From IMG/VR virus record IMGVR_UViG_3300014501_000002, positions 1 through 64,000 of that record: a DNA stretch of 64,000 bases; one strand, written 5' to 3'. Below are positions 17,161 through 27,246 of this stretch, piece after piece. This DNA comes from a virus. The first letter of the stretch is position 1, and the number at the start of each line of letters is the position of its first letter. The notes under the pieces were generated by a model that saw only the letters and a program-made list of their open reading frames with translations, was not told the origin of the DNA and made no database searches. The position numbers were made by a program, and so were the translations under genes.

Positions 17161-18126
17161 ATGAAAGCTTTGGTAACTGGTTGTACGGGCCAGGACGGAT
17201 CTTATTTAGCGGAACTATTACTAGAAAAGGGTTATGAAGTTCATGGATTGGTGCGGAGACATAGTTCTGTTAGTACGGATCGTATTGATCATATTTTTAG
17301 CAAACTACATCTACATTATGGTGACCTTTCTGATTCCGGATCGCTAAATAAAATACTCCATGAAATACGTCCGGATGAGATTTATTCTCTTGGCGCACAA
17401 TCGCACGTTAGAGTATCGTTTGAGTGCCCAGAATATACGTCTGATGTGGACGCTTTAGGTGTTTTACGTTTGTTAGAAGCGATGCAGTTAAATTGCCCGG
17501 AAGCGAGATTTTATCAAGCATCGTCAAGTGAGATGTTTGGCGCAGCCCCAGCACCACAAACGGAGACCACGCCATTTTATCCGCGAAGCCCATACGGCAT
17601 CGCCAAGCAGTTCGCTTATTGGACCACAGTCAACTACCGTGAGGCATACGGTATGTTCGCGTGTAACGGGATATTATTCAACCACGAGAGTCCGCGCCGC
17701 GGCGAGACGTTTGTTACTCGGAAGATAACCAAAGCCGCCGTACGCATAAAAGCGGGATTGCAGGATAGTTTAGCGCTGGGTAATCTAGACGCTAAGAGAG
17801 ATTGGGGATTCGCCGGGGATTATGTTGAAGCGATGTGGCTCATGATGCAGCAACCGGTGCCCGATGATTTTGTCATAGCGACCGGCGCCACACATTCAGT
17901 TCGAGAATTCCTAGATGAAACATTTGGGTACCTAGGCATGGATTGGAAGCCGTATGTAAAGATCGACCCGAAGTATTTCCGTCCCGCAGAAGTCGATTTA
18001 TTGCAGGGCGATGCTAGCAAGGCGCGGCGTGTTCTAGGCTGGGAGCCGAAAGTAAATTTCAAACAATTGGTTAGGCTGATGGTCGACCATGAGACAGAAG
18101 GCAGTCGTTTGCATCCCCACGTTTAA
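17161..18126 (+). CDS. gmd: GDP-mannose 4,6-dehydratase
   Basis: [66 protein letters not shown]. Confidence 0.98.
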   Translation: MKALVTGCTGQDGSYLAELLLEKGYEVHGLVRRHSSVSTDRIDHIFSKLHLHYGDLSDSGSLNKILHEIRPDEIYSLGAQSHVRVSFECPEYTSDVDALGVLRLLEAMQLNCPEARFYQASSSEMFGAAPAPQTETTPFYPRSPYGIAKQFAYWTTVNYREAYGMFACNGILFNHESPRRGETFVTRKITKAAVRIKAGLQDSLALGNLDAKRDWGFAGDYVEAMWLMMQQPVPDDFVIATGATHSVREFLDETFGYLGMDWKPYVKIDPKYFRPAEVDLLQGDASKARRVLGWEPKVNFKQLVRLMVDHETEGSRLHPHV

Positions 18127-18847
18127 CCGCCCGGAATTCCTCGCTCTCGCACTCGAAAAGATTGCGCGGGCATCCGATGTTCCGGAAGATATCCGGATAT
18201 TTCTGGACACCTGTTCTGACGCACGGCTCGATGAAGTAGAATACGTCCGTGATACGTATATGCCCACAGCAGATATATTTCGCGCGCGTCTTCATGTCAT
18301 TGCCCCGAGCGGTACATGGAACATCTTGAATTCCTTGAAACAGGGATTTGAGACCGGCGCAGAGTTCGTCTTTTTTATCGAAGAAGACGTTATGATAAAG
18401 CCAGAATTCTTTAATGAGCATCTGAGGATGCAGTCCGAAGGAGACTACTTCGTGACTTGCGGTCGTAAGTTGCGAAACCGCGACGACAGTTACTATAGCA
18501 ATCCCGGCACCTGTTACCGAAGCGATAAGCTGTCTCTTGTTGTTCCACATATCAACATGAAGTATTTCGCGGACCAAGCGGGGTATCTTGAACGCCAGTT
18601 TCCGCATATGGACGACGCAGGCATTATGGATGACGGCCTGATTCGTCGCGTCATGCAGTCCATCGGCGCCCGAGCGAAGTGTGCGGTACCAGCTATAGCA
18701 GCACACCAAGGGTTCCATTATTTTGCGAAGTTCGCGCAGTATCAGACAGTTGGATCGATTGCAGAACGGATAGAGCAACTTCGCGTTATGCTAGCGAAGG
18801 TCGACCCAACCGATCGGTACACTCGAGACTTCGAAACACTTTTGTAG
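18089..18847 (+). CDS. GT-A fold glycosyltransferase (GT2/GT13-like)
   Basis: [26 protein letters not shown] motifs. Confidence 0.8.
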   Translation: MRQKAVVCIPTFNRPEFLALALEKIARASDVPEDIRIFLDTCSDARLDEVEYVRDTYMPTADIFRARLHVIAPSGTWNILNSLKQGFETGAEFVFFIEEDVMIKPEFFNEHLRMQSEGDYFVTCGRKLRNRDDSYYSNPGTCYRSDKLSLVVPHINMKYFADQAGYLERQFPHMDDAGIMDDGLIRRVMQSIGARAKCAVPAIAAHQGFHYFAKFAQYQTVGSIAERIEQLRVMLAKVDPTDRYTRDFETLL

Positions 18848-18970
18848 AAACATGTGAGTGATAGCACGTTCAAATCTACTCATATGGACTTAGACTAAAA
18901 TCTGAGTCTTTCATTAAAGCATCCATGCCGGGTGATCCTCGTCACTGGGTGTTAATAGGAAATAGAAACC

Positions 18971-19579
18971 ATGGCACAAGTAATCACGAATTATAGCATC
19001 AACGGCGCAACTCCGTCTACCGTCGGTGGAACCGGAATTCTGCCCAAGGCATTCCCGAACCTCCCCGGCCCTTCGATCGGGGTTAACCGTACGACTCCTT
19101 CTTTCCTGAATGCGACCACTCTTTCGAGTGCAGTCGGGCAGCTTGAAGTTCCCGGCTCAAACCGGTTGAACGGACAGGTGTTCCACATTCTGGCTTCTGG
19201 AAACTACGAAGTCGGCGTCGGCGGCGCGTGCCCGAGCTTCTCTCTCGCTCTGTTCGCGAACACTGGAACTCGGACGGCCCCAATCACTACGAAGATCGTT
19301 GCTCCTGCGGCTTTTACCGCGCAGAACCTCGACGCGGTGTTTTATCCTTGGTACATTGACGTCCTGTTGTACGGCGAAACTTTGTCCGGGACAGTGACGG
19401 GTTCTTACACCGGTCAAGTTGACGGCGTAGCTTTCTCGAAGACGACCCTGGATGTTAACCTCGCCGGTGTCAACTTCTCCAACGTCGAACCTGCTTTCGG
19501 TTTGGTGTTGGCGGTCACGTTCAGCGTTAGCGAGCCTGGAAACAGCGCAAACGCGTACGCGTTTCAAGTCGTAGCATAA
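18971..19579 (+). CDS. Putative virion structural (decoration-like) beta-rich protein
   Basis: AGGA RBS; Ser/Thr/Gly/Val-rich; paralogous to the C-domain of 7145-8137; followed by a hairpin. Confidence 0.7.
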   Translation: MAQVITNYSINGATPSTVGGTGILPKAFPNLPGPSIGVNRTTPSFLNATTLSSAVGQLEVPGSNRLNGQVFHILASGNYEVGVGGACPSFSLALFANTGTRTAPITTKIVAPAAFTAQNLDAVFYPWYIDVLLYGETLSGTVTGSYTGQVDGVAFSKTTLDVNLAGVNFSNVEPAFGLVLAVTFSVSEPGNSANAYAFQVVA

Positions 19580-19592
19580 CCATTCAAGCCGC

Positions 19593-19614
19593 GGGAGGCC
19601 CGATTCGGCCTCCC
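19593..19614 (+). terminator. GC-rich hairpin after 18971-19579
   Basis: GGGAGGCC-N6-GGCCTCCC; weak U tract. Confidence 0.4.
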
Positions 19615-19629
19615 AAAGCTTACACGACC

Positions 19630-20028
19630 ATGATCGCGGTATCTCAGTTCTGGCACGAATTCAATTTCTACGGCAAGACAATTGGTACTGCGTTCACGTT
19701 CCTGTCGGTGCTAACATATTTGTATAAGAAGTTGGTTTCTCCAGTGGTTAAGAAGGTAGTGAACATTAATGACACCGTGTCATCACTAGCGTTGAATCAT
19801 TTCCCGCATTTACAAAATGCTCTTGCGTCACAAGAAATTCAACTCAAAGAAATTAAGACCAGTGTTGTAGAGTACGGAGCACGTTTAGAAAATACGAATA
19901 AGGCAGTCGAGACTCTGCATCAGTCGTTCACAAACCATATTGAGAACGAGTCAAGGAAGAAACGAAATGCCATTCGAGTCAACCGCGCAACAAGGGTACA
20001 TGCACGCGCACCCCGAGATTCTCGGTAA
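19630..20028 (+). CDS. Single-TM plus coiled-coil protein (holin/XhlA-like)
   Basis: One hydrophobic helix followed by heptad repeats. Confidence 0.55.
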   Translation: MIAVSQFWHEFNFYGKTIGTAFTFLSVLTYLYKKLVSPVVKKVVNINDTVSSLALNHFPHLQNALASQEIQLKEIKTSVVEYGARLENTNKAVETLHQSFTNHIENESRKKRNAIRVNRATRVHARAPRDSR

Positions 20029-20152
20029 GAAAGGTTTGCACGAGTGGGATGAGGCGACCAAAGGTCATTACTCCAGTCTGCCCACGCATGTGAAACATGA
20101 GCATTCGAACGCGCCCTATAAGGTCGCGCGCGATGCGAGGAAGAAAGAGTAG
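19967..20152 (+). CDS. Small conserved phage protein (MPFxSxAQ type)
   Basis: MPFESTAQQGYMHAHPE...EWDEATKG...LP pattern is common near phage head genes. Confidence 0.75.
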   Translation: MPFESTAQQGYMHAHPEILGKKGLHEWDEATKGHYSSLPTHVKHEHSNAPYKVARDARKKE

Positions 20153-20154
20153 TC

Positions 20155-20475
20155 ATGGCCGAAATGAAAAGTTGGTTGAAGAAGATCGGCCTGCTCAAGA
20201 AACTGCTCGCAGAGACCGGCCCACTTTGGCCTGACAGCACGAAGCTAGCAGGGTACGCCGAGAGCGGCCCATATCATTGTGGAGATTGTGAGTACTTGAA
20301 GGGTAAGACAAAAGGTGAAATTTTTAAAGACGAGAACGGAAAGGGTCGCTGCAACCAGTCGGTTATGATCGCGGATATTGAGACCTTGAAAGATAAAGAC
20401 GGTCTCCCGATCGTGAATATTGAAAAGGGATGTTGTGAGTTCGTAGAACCGCCGTCCCAAAAGTTGGAGAAGTAG
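20155..20475 (+). CDS. Cys-motif protein (CxxC...C...CC), possible metal/Fe-S binding
   Basis: HCGDCEY...GRC...GCCEF. Confidence 0.7.
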   Translation: MAEMKSWLKKIGLLKKLLAETGPLWPDSTKLAGYAESGPYHCGDCEYLKGKTKGEIFKDENGKGRCNQSVMIADIETLKDKDGLPIVNIEKGCCEFVEPPSQKLEK

Positions 20476-20477
20476 TC

Positions 20478-21098
20478 ATGAAAATAGTCGCGTATTTCGT
20501 CAGACATGGCGACACGGACATGAATGATGACAATGTGTTCCGGGGCGACCTGGACATCGGCATCAATAAAGATGGGCAGGAACAAGCCAAGGAGTTAGTT
20601 CCATATTTTAAAGGACGCAAGTTTAGCGCTGCGTTCAACAGCACTCGGAAGAGGACGAAGCAGACTCTGGCCCCTCTCCTAAGTTCGAAAGGCATGGATT
20701 CCGTCACTTCCGACAGATTAGATTCGTTGGATACCGGTGACTTGGCCGGTAAGCCGAAGAGCGACGAGAATCTCGAGATTCTGAAGTATTATCGAAAACA
20801 TCCAGACGAAAAAATTCCCGGTGGGGAAAAGGTTCAAGACTGGAGAAATCGAGTAGACTCTGAACTGCTTGCGATTATTCGAAGGGGAGAAGAAGCTTCA
20901 TCTCCCACGATTGCGGGGATTCACGGGTCGGTGATCAAGGAATTATCTAGGCTCCTGACCGGAGACATGAACAAAGTAGGCGTTGATCCGGGCGGCGTAT
21001 TAGGAGTGTTCAAAACACCCAACGGTTATGTTTTAAGTGCATTGATTAAGCCGAAAGACGGGAAAGGTAACTACGACGACGATCGGCAAGGAAGCTAG
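20478..21098 (+). CDS. Histidine phosphatase family protein
   Basis: VRHGDT motif, RTKQT, PGGE, HG.VI. Confidence 0.9.
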   Translation: MKIVAYFVRHGDTDMNDDNVFRGDLDIGINKDGQEQAKELVPYFKGRKFSAAFNSTRKRTKQTLAPLLSSKGMDSVTSDRLDSLDTGDLAGKPKSDENLEILKYYRKHPDEKIPGGEKVQDWRNRVDSELLAIIRRGEEASSPTIAGIHGSVIKELSRLLTGDMNKVGVDPGGVLGVFKTPNGYVLSALIKPKDGKGNYDDDRQGS

Positions 21099-21106
21099 GA
21101 GATATC

Positions 21107-21433
21107 ATGGCAGAAGAAAAGAAAGAACACAAGAAAAAGAAGCATGCAGGCCACGGCTTTAAGTCTACACACATCGAGCATCACGGCGATGGTAGCGCGA
21201 CTGTGCACCATATGCATGCCGATGGACCCGAGCATGATGTCAAGCACGCCGTTAGCGATCTCGACGGAATGCACGATAGCATGCAGGATCACCTTGGTAC
21301 GCCGAACCCCGGAGAAGCCGAAGCTAACGAAGGCTCTGACGCGGCAGCCGCAGGCGCAGCACCGGCAGGCGGGGCTCCCGCAGCAGCAGGCGGGGCTCCC
21401 GCAGCAGCAGGCGCAGCACCGGCAGGGATGTAA
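21107..21433 (+). CDS. His-rich small protein with Ala/Gly/Pro tail
   Basis: AGGAG RBS; many His; DNA repeats in the tail (21349-21427). Confidence 0.8.
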   Translation: MAEEKKEHKKKKHAGHGFKSTHIEHHGDGSATVHHMHADGPEHDVKHAVSDLDGMHDSMQDHLGTPNPGEAEANEGSDAAAAGAAPAGGAPAAAGGAPAAAGAAPAGM

Positions 21434-21493
21434 ACCCATTGGGTGAGTTCGATTTGTGGTTGGACAAAGTTTATAAATCAAGGAGAAGTGGAC

Positions 21494-21689
21494 ATGGCGA
21501 AGAAGCATAATGTTTCATTATATCGCGCCCTCCACCACCTTTAGGAAAGGTGGTTTGCATAAGGCGTTAGGTGTTCCCGAAGGCGAGACAATCCCAGCTG
21601 CAAAGATCGCTAAGGCTAAGAGTTCGAAGAATTCGCACGTGGCCCATATGGCGAATTTCGCACACACAATGTCTCACTTCAAGCACTAG
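21494..21689 (+). CDS. Small basic phage protein, frameshifted (+1) at CTT-TAG 21539-21544
   Basis: MAKKHNVSLYRALHHL, then the +1 frame gives RKGGLHKALGVPEGETIPAAKIAKAKSSKN...HFKH*. AGGAG RBS. Not in the supplied ORF track. Confidence 0.75.
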
Positions 21690-21697
21690 GAATCTCA

Positions 21698-21964
21698 ATG
21701 AGTATCGTGGACGTTAAGAAAATTCTCCGAGAGATTCACAGCGATGCTAACGGCCAACTGTCTTGGGGTCGAACTGCATCTACGTTTGCCTTAGTTGCAG
21801 GTATTGCGTGGATCAGTCGTCTTGTTTTCATGACCCATACATTGCCCGCCATGGACGGCATTACCGCATTTGTGGTAGGTCCGTACGGCGCAAACAAAGT
21901 TGCGGGCGCCGCACAATCGTTCTCGCAAAACCCGGTGGTTCCACCGCCGAACAAACCGCAGTAA
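21698..21964 (+). CDS. Two-TM membrane protein (holin-like)
   Basis: SDANGQLSWGR followed by two hydrophobic helices. Confidence 0.65.
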   Translation: MSIVDVKKILREIHSDANGQLSWGRTASTFALVAGIAWISRLVFMTHTLPAMDGITAFVVGPYGANKVAGAAQSFSQNPVVPPPNKPQ

Positions 21965-21976
21965 TTGAGAGATGGT

Positions 21977-22336
21977 ATGAAACTTCCTCACGTCCCATAT
22001 TGGTACCTGGCAATAGGCCCGTATCTTCTGATGTCATTGGGGTTCACCCTTAACGCGCTTGTAATGGCTTTTAACGGTGGGCAGATGCCAGTTCTTTGGC
22101 CCGGCGGCTGCGATGCTATGCGCGCTATTCAGGATATGGTTACATCTTTAGGTGGTAGCAGTGATCCACTTCATTCGTGTATGACTCACGCCACTCATTT
22201 GAAGTTCCTGGCAGATTGGATTATTTTAAAAAGTGGTGTTGCTAGTCCTGGGGATTTTCTGGAGTGGGCGTACGACTACACGCACATTCCATCCGTGGCA
22301 ATTTGGGTTGCACTTACGATAAAGGAAAGATTATGA
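21977..22336 (+). CDS. DUF5317-like membrane protein
   Basis: GFTLNALVMAFNGGQMPV...LKFLADWI...SPGD. Confidence 0.75.
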   Translation: MKLPHVPYWYLAIGPYLLMSLGFTLNALVMAFNGGQMPVLWPGGCDAMRAIQDMVTSLGGSSDPLHSCMTHATHLKFLADWIILKSGVASPGDFLEWAYDYTHIPSVAIWVALTIKERL

Positions 22337-22599
22337 GTTCAATGGCGAGTATTTTAGCTGGCGCACAAGGAGCGGTGGATAAGGCAAAAGCCACAACTAA
22401 ATCTGTGGAGGGCTCGGAGACATCGAGGTTTGGCCCAAAGAATCAATACTCAGCGACGCCTTATAAGATGGCAACCGCCGAGAAAAATACACCGACCTGG
22501 TCCAGTCAAATCAACGGAGCGGGCGCTGGTAACGACGCGGCCGCAGGCATCAAGGCTCGACAGCAGAACGCACAGGCAGTAAATGATGTGACGAAGTAG
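22333..22599 (+). CDS. Hypothetical protein
   Basis: AAGGA RBS. Confidence 0.65.
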   Translation: MSSMASILAGAQGAVDKAKATTKSVEGSETSRFGPKNQYSATPYKMATAEKNTPTWSSQINGAGAGNDAAAGIKARQQNAQAVNDVTK

Positions 22600-22670
22600 T
22601 TTGAAGCACCGTTTGTACAATAGAAGTCCGCAAGACAATCAATGGGCCGACAGGCCATCGGAGAAATACA

Positions 22671-24703
22671 ATGCCGTTAGAAGGCGAAGAGAAAAAGAAG
22701 TGGCAGGCAGAATACGACGCGCGACGCAGACAACAGCGCGCCGAGAATAACGTTGAGAAGGATGAAATTGAAAAAGCTGCAGAACGCGATAAGGCTACTG
22801 CGCTCCTGGCACCGGATGGAGTCGGGGCAGCGCGTCATCTATCAGAGACGAAGTCGTACAGTGATCTAGCAAAGTGGTACTTTGGCCTCGTGGAAGATTC
22901 CGACGACGAAGACGTTGAAGACAGGAAGAAAAAGAAGAAAAAGAAGAAGGCGCTTAAGCCCGCGACCGCAACGATCTTAGGTGAGAAGCGTACGTTCGAC
23001 GAGTGGCTCGCGCTCCGAGACAAGGCCCGTAAGGATTTGTTCTGGCTCGGAAAAGAAGTCCTGAAAAGAGATTTCACGCCATTTACTCACCAGATTATCT
23101 GCGATCAATTCGTGCAGAAGAATTTTGATGGGGTGTACAAAGAAGGTTACACCCTGAAGGATTTTCACAAAGCAATCGATGCACAGCCGCGAGAGAAGGA
23201 AATGATTCTTCTCGACCCGCGTGGATTCTATAAGTCAACTATAGATGGCGTCGACTCGGTGCAGTGGATTATCAACGCGCCGGACATTCGCATCCTGATC
23301 ATCACGGGAGAGTACAAACTAGCACTTGCGTTCATGTCCGAAATCAAGCGCTATTTTTACTTAGCCGACGGCGGTGAAGCGACCGATTTTCATTACCTGT
23401 TTCCAGATTTTGTCCTGTCCGGTATAGACGGGCGCTCTAAAGAACCTATCCAATGTCCCGCGCGTAAGCACAACCAAGTCGCGCCGACTCTTTGGATCAA
23501 TTCTATCGACGCCAACTTGTCTGGATGGCACTGCGATATTAAAAAGGGTGATGACGTTGTCACCGACGAGAACAGTAAGAACGAAACCGCTCGGAAGAAC
23601 CTGAAAGAAAAGTACGACGGCACCGCGAACCTACTCGATGAGTGGGGATTCTCGGATCATATCGGGACACGTTATTACACCGATGACTGGTACGGCACGA
23701 AGATACTGCCGGTCATGGATGATAATGATGTAGTCCAAGATACGTCTCTGCGGTATCATTGTCGCGCGTGTTGGAACGTGAGACCAGGCTTTGAGCAAGT
23801 GCCACTTCGGCAGTTGACCGAAGACATGGTCATCTTGAATTTCCCGGAGAAGGCGTCGTTTAAATCTCTCCGTAAGAAGTTGCTCGACAACGAGCGCAGC
23901 TTCAGAAACCAGCAGTTGAACGAACCGACTGATGTTCTCGATGAAGCCGCATTCAAGATTACGTTCGAAAAAGAAGTTTTGATTAAGCATTCTTACGCGG
24001 CATCAGCCGCTCCGAAGATAGGAGATATTTACATCGGTTGGGATTGGGCGTATACCGATGGTAAGTACTCAGACATGTCCGCGGGAGCCGCGGGCAGAGT
24101 TTACAAACGGGAAGATGGTGAATGGGGCATCGCGGTCCTGGAAGTTATTTACGGCCGTTGGAAGCCTAGCGAGTTGGCGTTTCACATCGTGCAGTTCAAC
24201 AAGAAGTGGAATCCAAAGAAGACGTTGATTGAAAAGACGATGTGTGCCGACCTCCTCAAGCTTGAGGTTCAGCGTCAAGCAATGAAGTACGGCGTGACGT
24301 TGGATGTATTCTGGAAGCCGGTTGATCTATCCCCGGATGCAAAGCGCAATCGCATTAAAGGTCTCGAAGTATTGTTGACCAACGGCTTGTTGTGGTTTGT
24401 GACCGGCGCATGGCTCGAAGAAACATTCCTTCAATTAGTACGATATACAGGAGAACGAAAAGGTCGTGGACGTAAAGACGATCTCCCCGACGCGATAAGT
24501 TTTTTAGCTGTTTTCTGCCCTCGACCGCACCTAACGCGGATATGGAAGCAATGCTAGAGGCGCAGAATGCAGTAGCGTTGCTGAAGCAGATGCAGAGTCA
24601 TATCTTCGGTTCAGAATCGATTATTCGCGATCCCGAAGCTCCTGTGACACCGGCAAAGATCGACCCGAGGGGTAGGTATAACATCCCCGGTTTGAGGTAT
24701 TAA
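22671..24703 (+). CDS. terL: Terminase large subunit (zero frame stops at 24557; the -1 frame from ~24500 continues to 24703)
   Basis: Walker A PRGFYKST, Walker B KKGDD, IGTRY motif, RNase H-like DWAY...D and DDLPDA; directly upstream of portal. Confidence 0.92.
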
Positions 24704-24705
24704 GA

Positions 24706-26862
24706 ATGAGTAAGCAGCTTAAGAACCCAAACATCGGTGAGGGTCAGGTCAATAGCAAGCTCGAAGAAGCAAAACAGAAACTGGATGCGCTCAGCTTGAC
24801 TCCGGCATCTGAAGTAACCAAAGCGAGCATGACGTACGATGAAGAAACGGGAACTTTCACGTTTGACGATCGTACCGCGCTCAAGTTGATTATCGACGAT
24901 TCGAACACTGTGGACACGTTCATCAATGTGAACCAGTGGGCGAGCGGTTGGACTTTATCCGACATCATTTATCAATCCCCGGCATCCGCTTCGGCGTTTG
25001 ACGGCGGGAACGTGGCACAGGCCAACGTCCCGAAGTTTACGGTTAGTAACCACATCAGTTCGATCGTTCCGAAGATTATGTCGGGAATTTTTTACGAAGA
25101 TCCTCCGTTTTTACTGCGGCCGCTTGCTGGGACAGATCAGGATACCGTCCTTGCGAAGACTGCGTTGTTCTCTCAGCAACTGGTAGAGATGAAGTTTGAA
25201 GAGGAAGTCGAGCGCGGCCTTGATCAGATGGCGCTTTTGGGAACCTGCATTTTCAAGTGGGGATACCTGGAGTACCAAAAGAAAACCAAGACGTATGTTC
25301 AAACCGGCGAGCGTCTCAACCTGAATCTGCCGTCCGGCAATAAGCAATTGGATACCCCGGACTCCGATAATTTTAAAGTCATTCGTAAGGATGAAACTGT
25401 CTCGCATCCTTGGATTCGTTACTGCGATATTCGTACGGTTCTTGTAGACCCGGCTTGCCGTTACGGTGATATCCGGCGCGCGAATTACGTCATTTATCGT
25501 GATTATGCTACGTACACCGATTTAGATCATCTGCGCGGCCAAGAGGGTTACGATATCCCGGCAGAGGCTGTTCTTCAGGCGCTGTTCTTGAGTAATCCTT
25601 CAAGCGGTCCGGATAACATCAGTCTGACTCTTCCAGAAGGTATGCGTGGCTATTTGCAGCACGCCGTACCGCGAAGCTATAAGACGACCGCCGATCCGAC
25701 GCTGCAGTCTATCGAAATTCTCGAGCGTTGGGATAACGAGAAGGTCATCGTGGTGCTGTCATACAACGGCCACAACATCTTGATCCGTAACGAAGCTAAT
25801 CCTTACGGGAAGATTCCGTTCTATAGCGCAAACTGGCGCAACATCCCCGATGCATTTTATGGTCAAGGGCTCGGCCAGTTGGTCGGAAGCGAACAGCTTG
25901 TCGAACAGGGAATCACGAACATCGCGCTCGATCTGTTGGCTTATGGCCTGCAGCCGACGGCTGTTCGTAAAAAGGGTTTCAACACACCTACGCAGAATCA
26001 GCGCTGGAAACAGGGCGGTATTATCGACGTAGATGACGACGTGGAAAGGGCGTTCAAGTTCCTTGAGATGCCTCCGGTTCCTCCTGCCGCATGGCAGTTT
26101 ATATCCCAGGCGCAGTCCGCTTCCGCGGCAACCTCCGGAGCCAACGAGCAAGTTGTGCAGGGCGCGGGTGGTATGGGTAACAAGTCAACTGGTATGCGTT
26201 CAGGTACCGGCGCGGCAGCTGTTGTAGCAGCCAACGCGTCCCGGCTCGATGGGCCAACTGGTCGATTCGTTCGTCAAGTCTTTTTGCCATGGATCACACA
26301 GATGGACGACTTGAACAACGATTTACTCCCGACATCGGTTATGAAATCTGTTCTCGGAGAGAAACTCGGCGAAACATTTCAAATCGATCATTTGAAACTC
26401 CGTAACGCGAAATTTGAATTCGAAGTCCTGGCCGGTACGAAGCTTGGCGCCAAGAAGGAAATGGCGCAGTTCTTGCCGATCATGTTGCAGATATTCAATA
26501 ACCCGACGTTCACGCAAGATTTGGCACAGGCTGGATATATCTTTGATCCAGTCGCGATCTTCAAGTCCTTCGCGGATGCCGCAGGGTGGAAGTTCTCGCA
26601 GAATTTCCTTAAGAAGATGACAGATGAGCAGATGCAGACTGCCAAGGCTAACACCAAGGCAGCGCTCATGCAGATGCAGTTGAACGCGAAACAGCAATCG
26701 CAGACTCAGCAGTTCCAGCATGAAGAGACGTTGGAAGATCAGAAACAGCTTGGCAAGGCAGGCAATGAGGTTCTTCGCCAATCTATTGAACAGGCCACGA
26801 CTCCCGAGGAAGTTCAAGGGGAGCCCGGCGGTGTAGGGTTCGGATCGACAGACGTCATCTAG
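24706..26862 (+). CDS. Portal protein
   Basis: 718 aa after TerL; LLGTCIFKWG, LVDP, NPYGKIPF...FYGQG motifs; Gln-rich C-terminal helix as in podophage portals. Confidence 0.88.
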   Translation: MSKQLKNPNIGEGQVNSKLEEAKQKLDALSLTPASEVTKASMTYDEETGTFTFDDRTALKLIIDDSNTVDTFINVNQWASGWTLSDIIYQSPASASAFDGGNVAQANVPKFTVSNHISSIVPKIMSGIFYEDPPFLLRPLAGTDQDTVLAKTALFSQQLVEMKFEEEVERGLDQMALLGTCIFKWGYLEYQKKTKTYVQTGERLNLNLPSGNKQLDTPDSDNFKVIRKDETVSHPWIRYCDIRTVLVDPACRYGDIRRANYVIYRDYATYTDLDHLRGQEGYDIPAEAVLQALFLSNPSSGPDNISLTLPEGMRGYLQHAVPRSYKTTADPTLQSIEILERWDNEKVIVVLSYNGHNILIRNEANPYGKIPFYSANWRNIPDAFYGQGLGQLVGSEQLVEQGITNIALDLLAYGLQPTAVRKKGFNTPTQNQRWKQGGIIDVDDDVERAFKFLEMPPVPPAAWQFISQAQSASAATSGANEQVVQGAGGMGNKSTGMRSGTGAAAVVAANASRLDGPTGRFVRQVFLPWITQMDDLNNDLLPTSVMKSVLGEKLGETFQIDHLKLRNAKFEFEVLAGTKLGAKKEMAQFLPIMLQIFNNPTFTQDLAQAGYIFDPVAIFKSFADAAGWKFSQNFLKKMTDEQMQTAKANTKAALMQMQLNAKQQSQTQQFQHEETLEDQKQLGKAGNEVLRQSIEQATTPEEVQGEPGGVGFGSTDVI

Positions 26863-26874
26863 AAAGGTACACCA

Positions 26875-27237
26875 ATGGCAATAGGAATGTTATGCCGCGA
26901 TCTAACCTTCGCGGAGCAATCGATACTTGCAAACTTGGCACAACATCCCGGCTTCGAAATTCTTACGAGGTTGATGGATGAGTGTTGCATTCAGTCCGCA
27001 CGTGAGCCTATTAAACTCGATCCAACGGCTGAAGATTACACTACTAAGTTGATGAAGTTAACGCTCATTGCTCGGGCTATGAATGAATTTTGTGCCACAT
27101 TGCGCAAATCGGTCAATGCTCACATTGAAGCTGCAGTCCTTCAAGCGAATCAAGACGAAGTAGATGCACAAATGGAAGCCGAAGCAGAACAGGTGATAAA
27201 TACTGTCCGGCGGCTTCAGAATTCCAATAAAGAATAG
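26875..27237 (+). CDS. Small helical protein between portal and scaffold
   Basis: Conserved position; HPGF motif. Confidence 0.75.
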   Translation: MAIGMLCRDLTFAEQSILANLAQHPGFEILTRLMDECCIQSAREPIKLDPTAEDYTTKLMKLTLIARAMNEFCATLRKSVNAHIEAAVLQANQDEVDAQMEAEAEQVINTVRRLQNSNKE

Positions 27238-27246
27238 GAGACTACA

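Noticed and set aside
8148-18847. Host O-antigen locus or DNA hypermodification cluster
   Set aside because: No wzx/wzy/ABC transporter, initiating transferase or base-modifying enzyme in the window. It is interleaved with phage endonucleases and structural genes.
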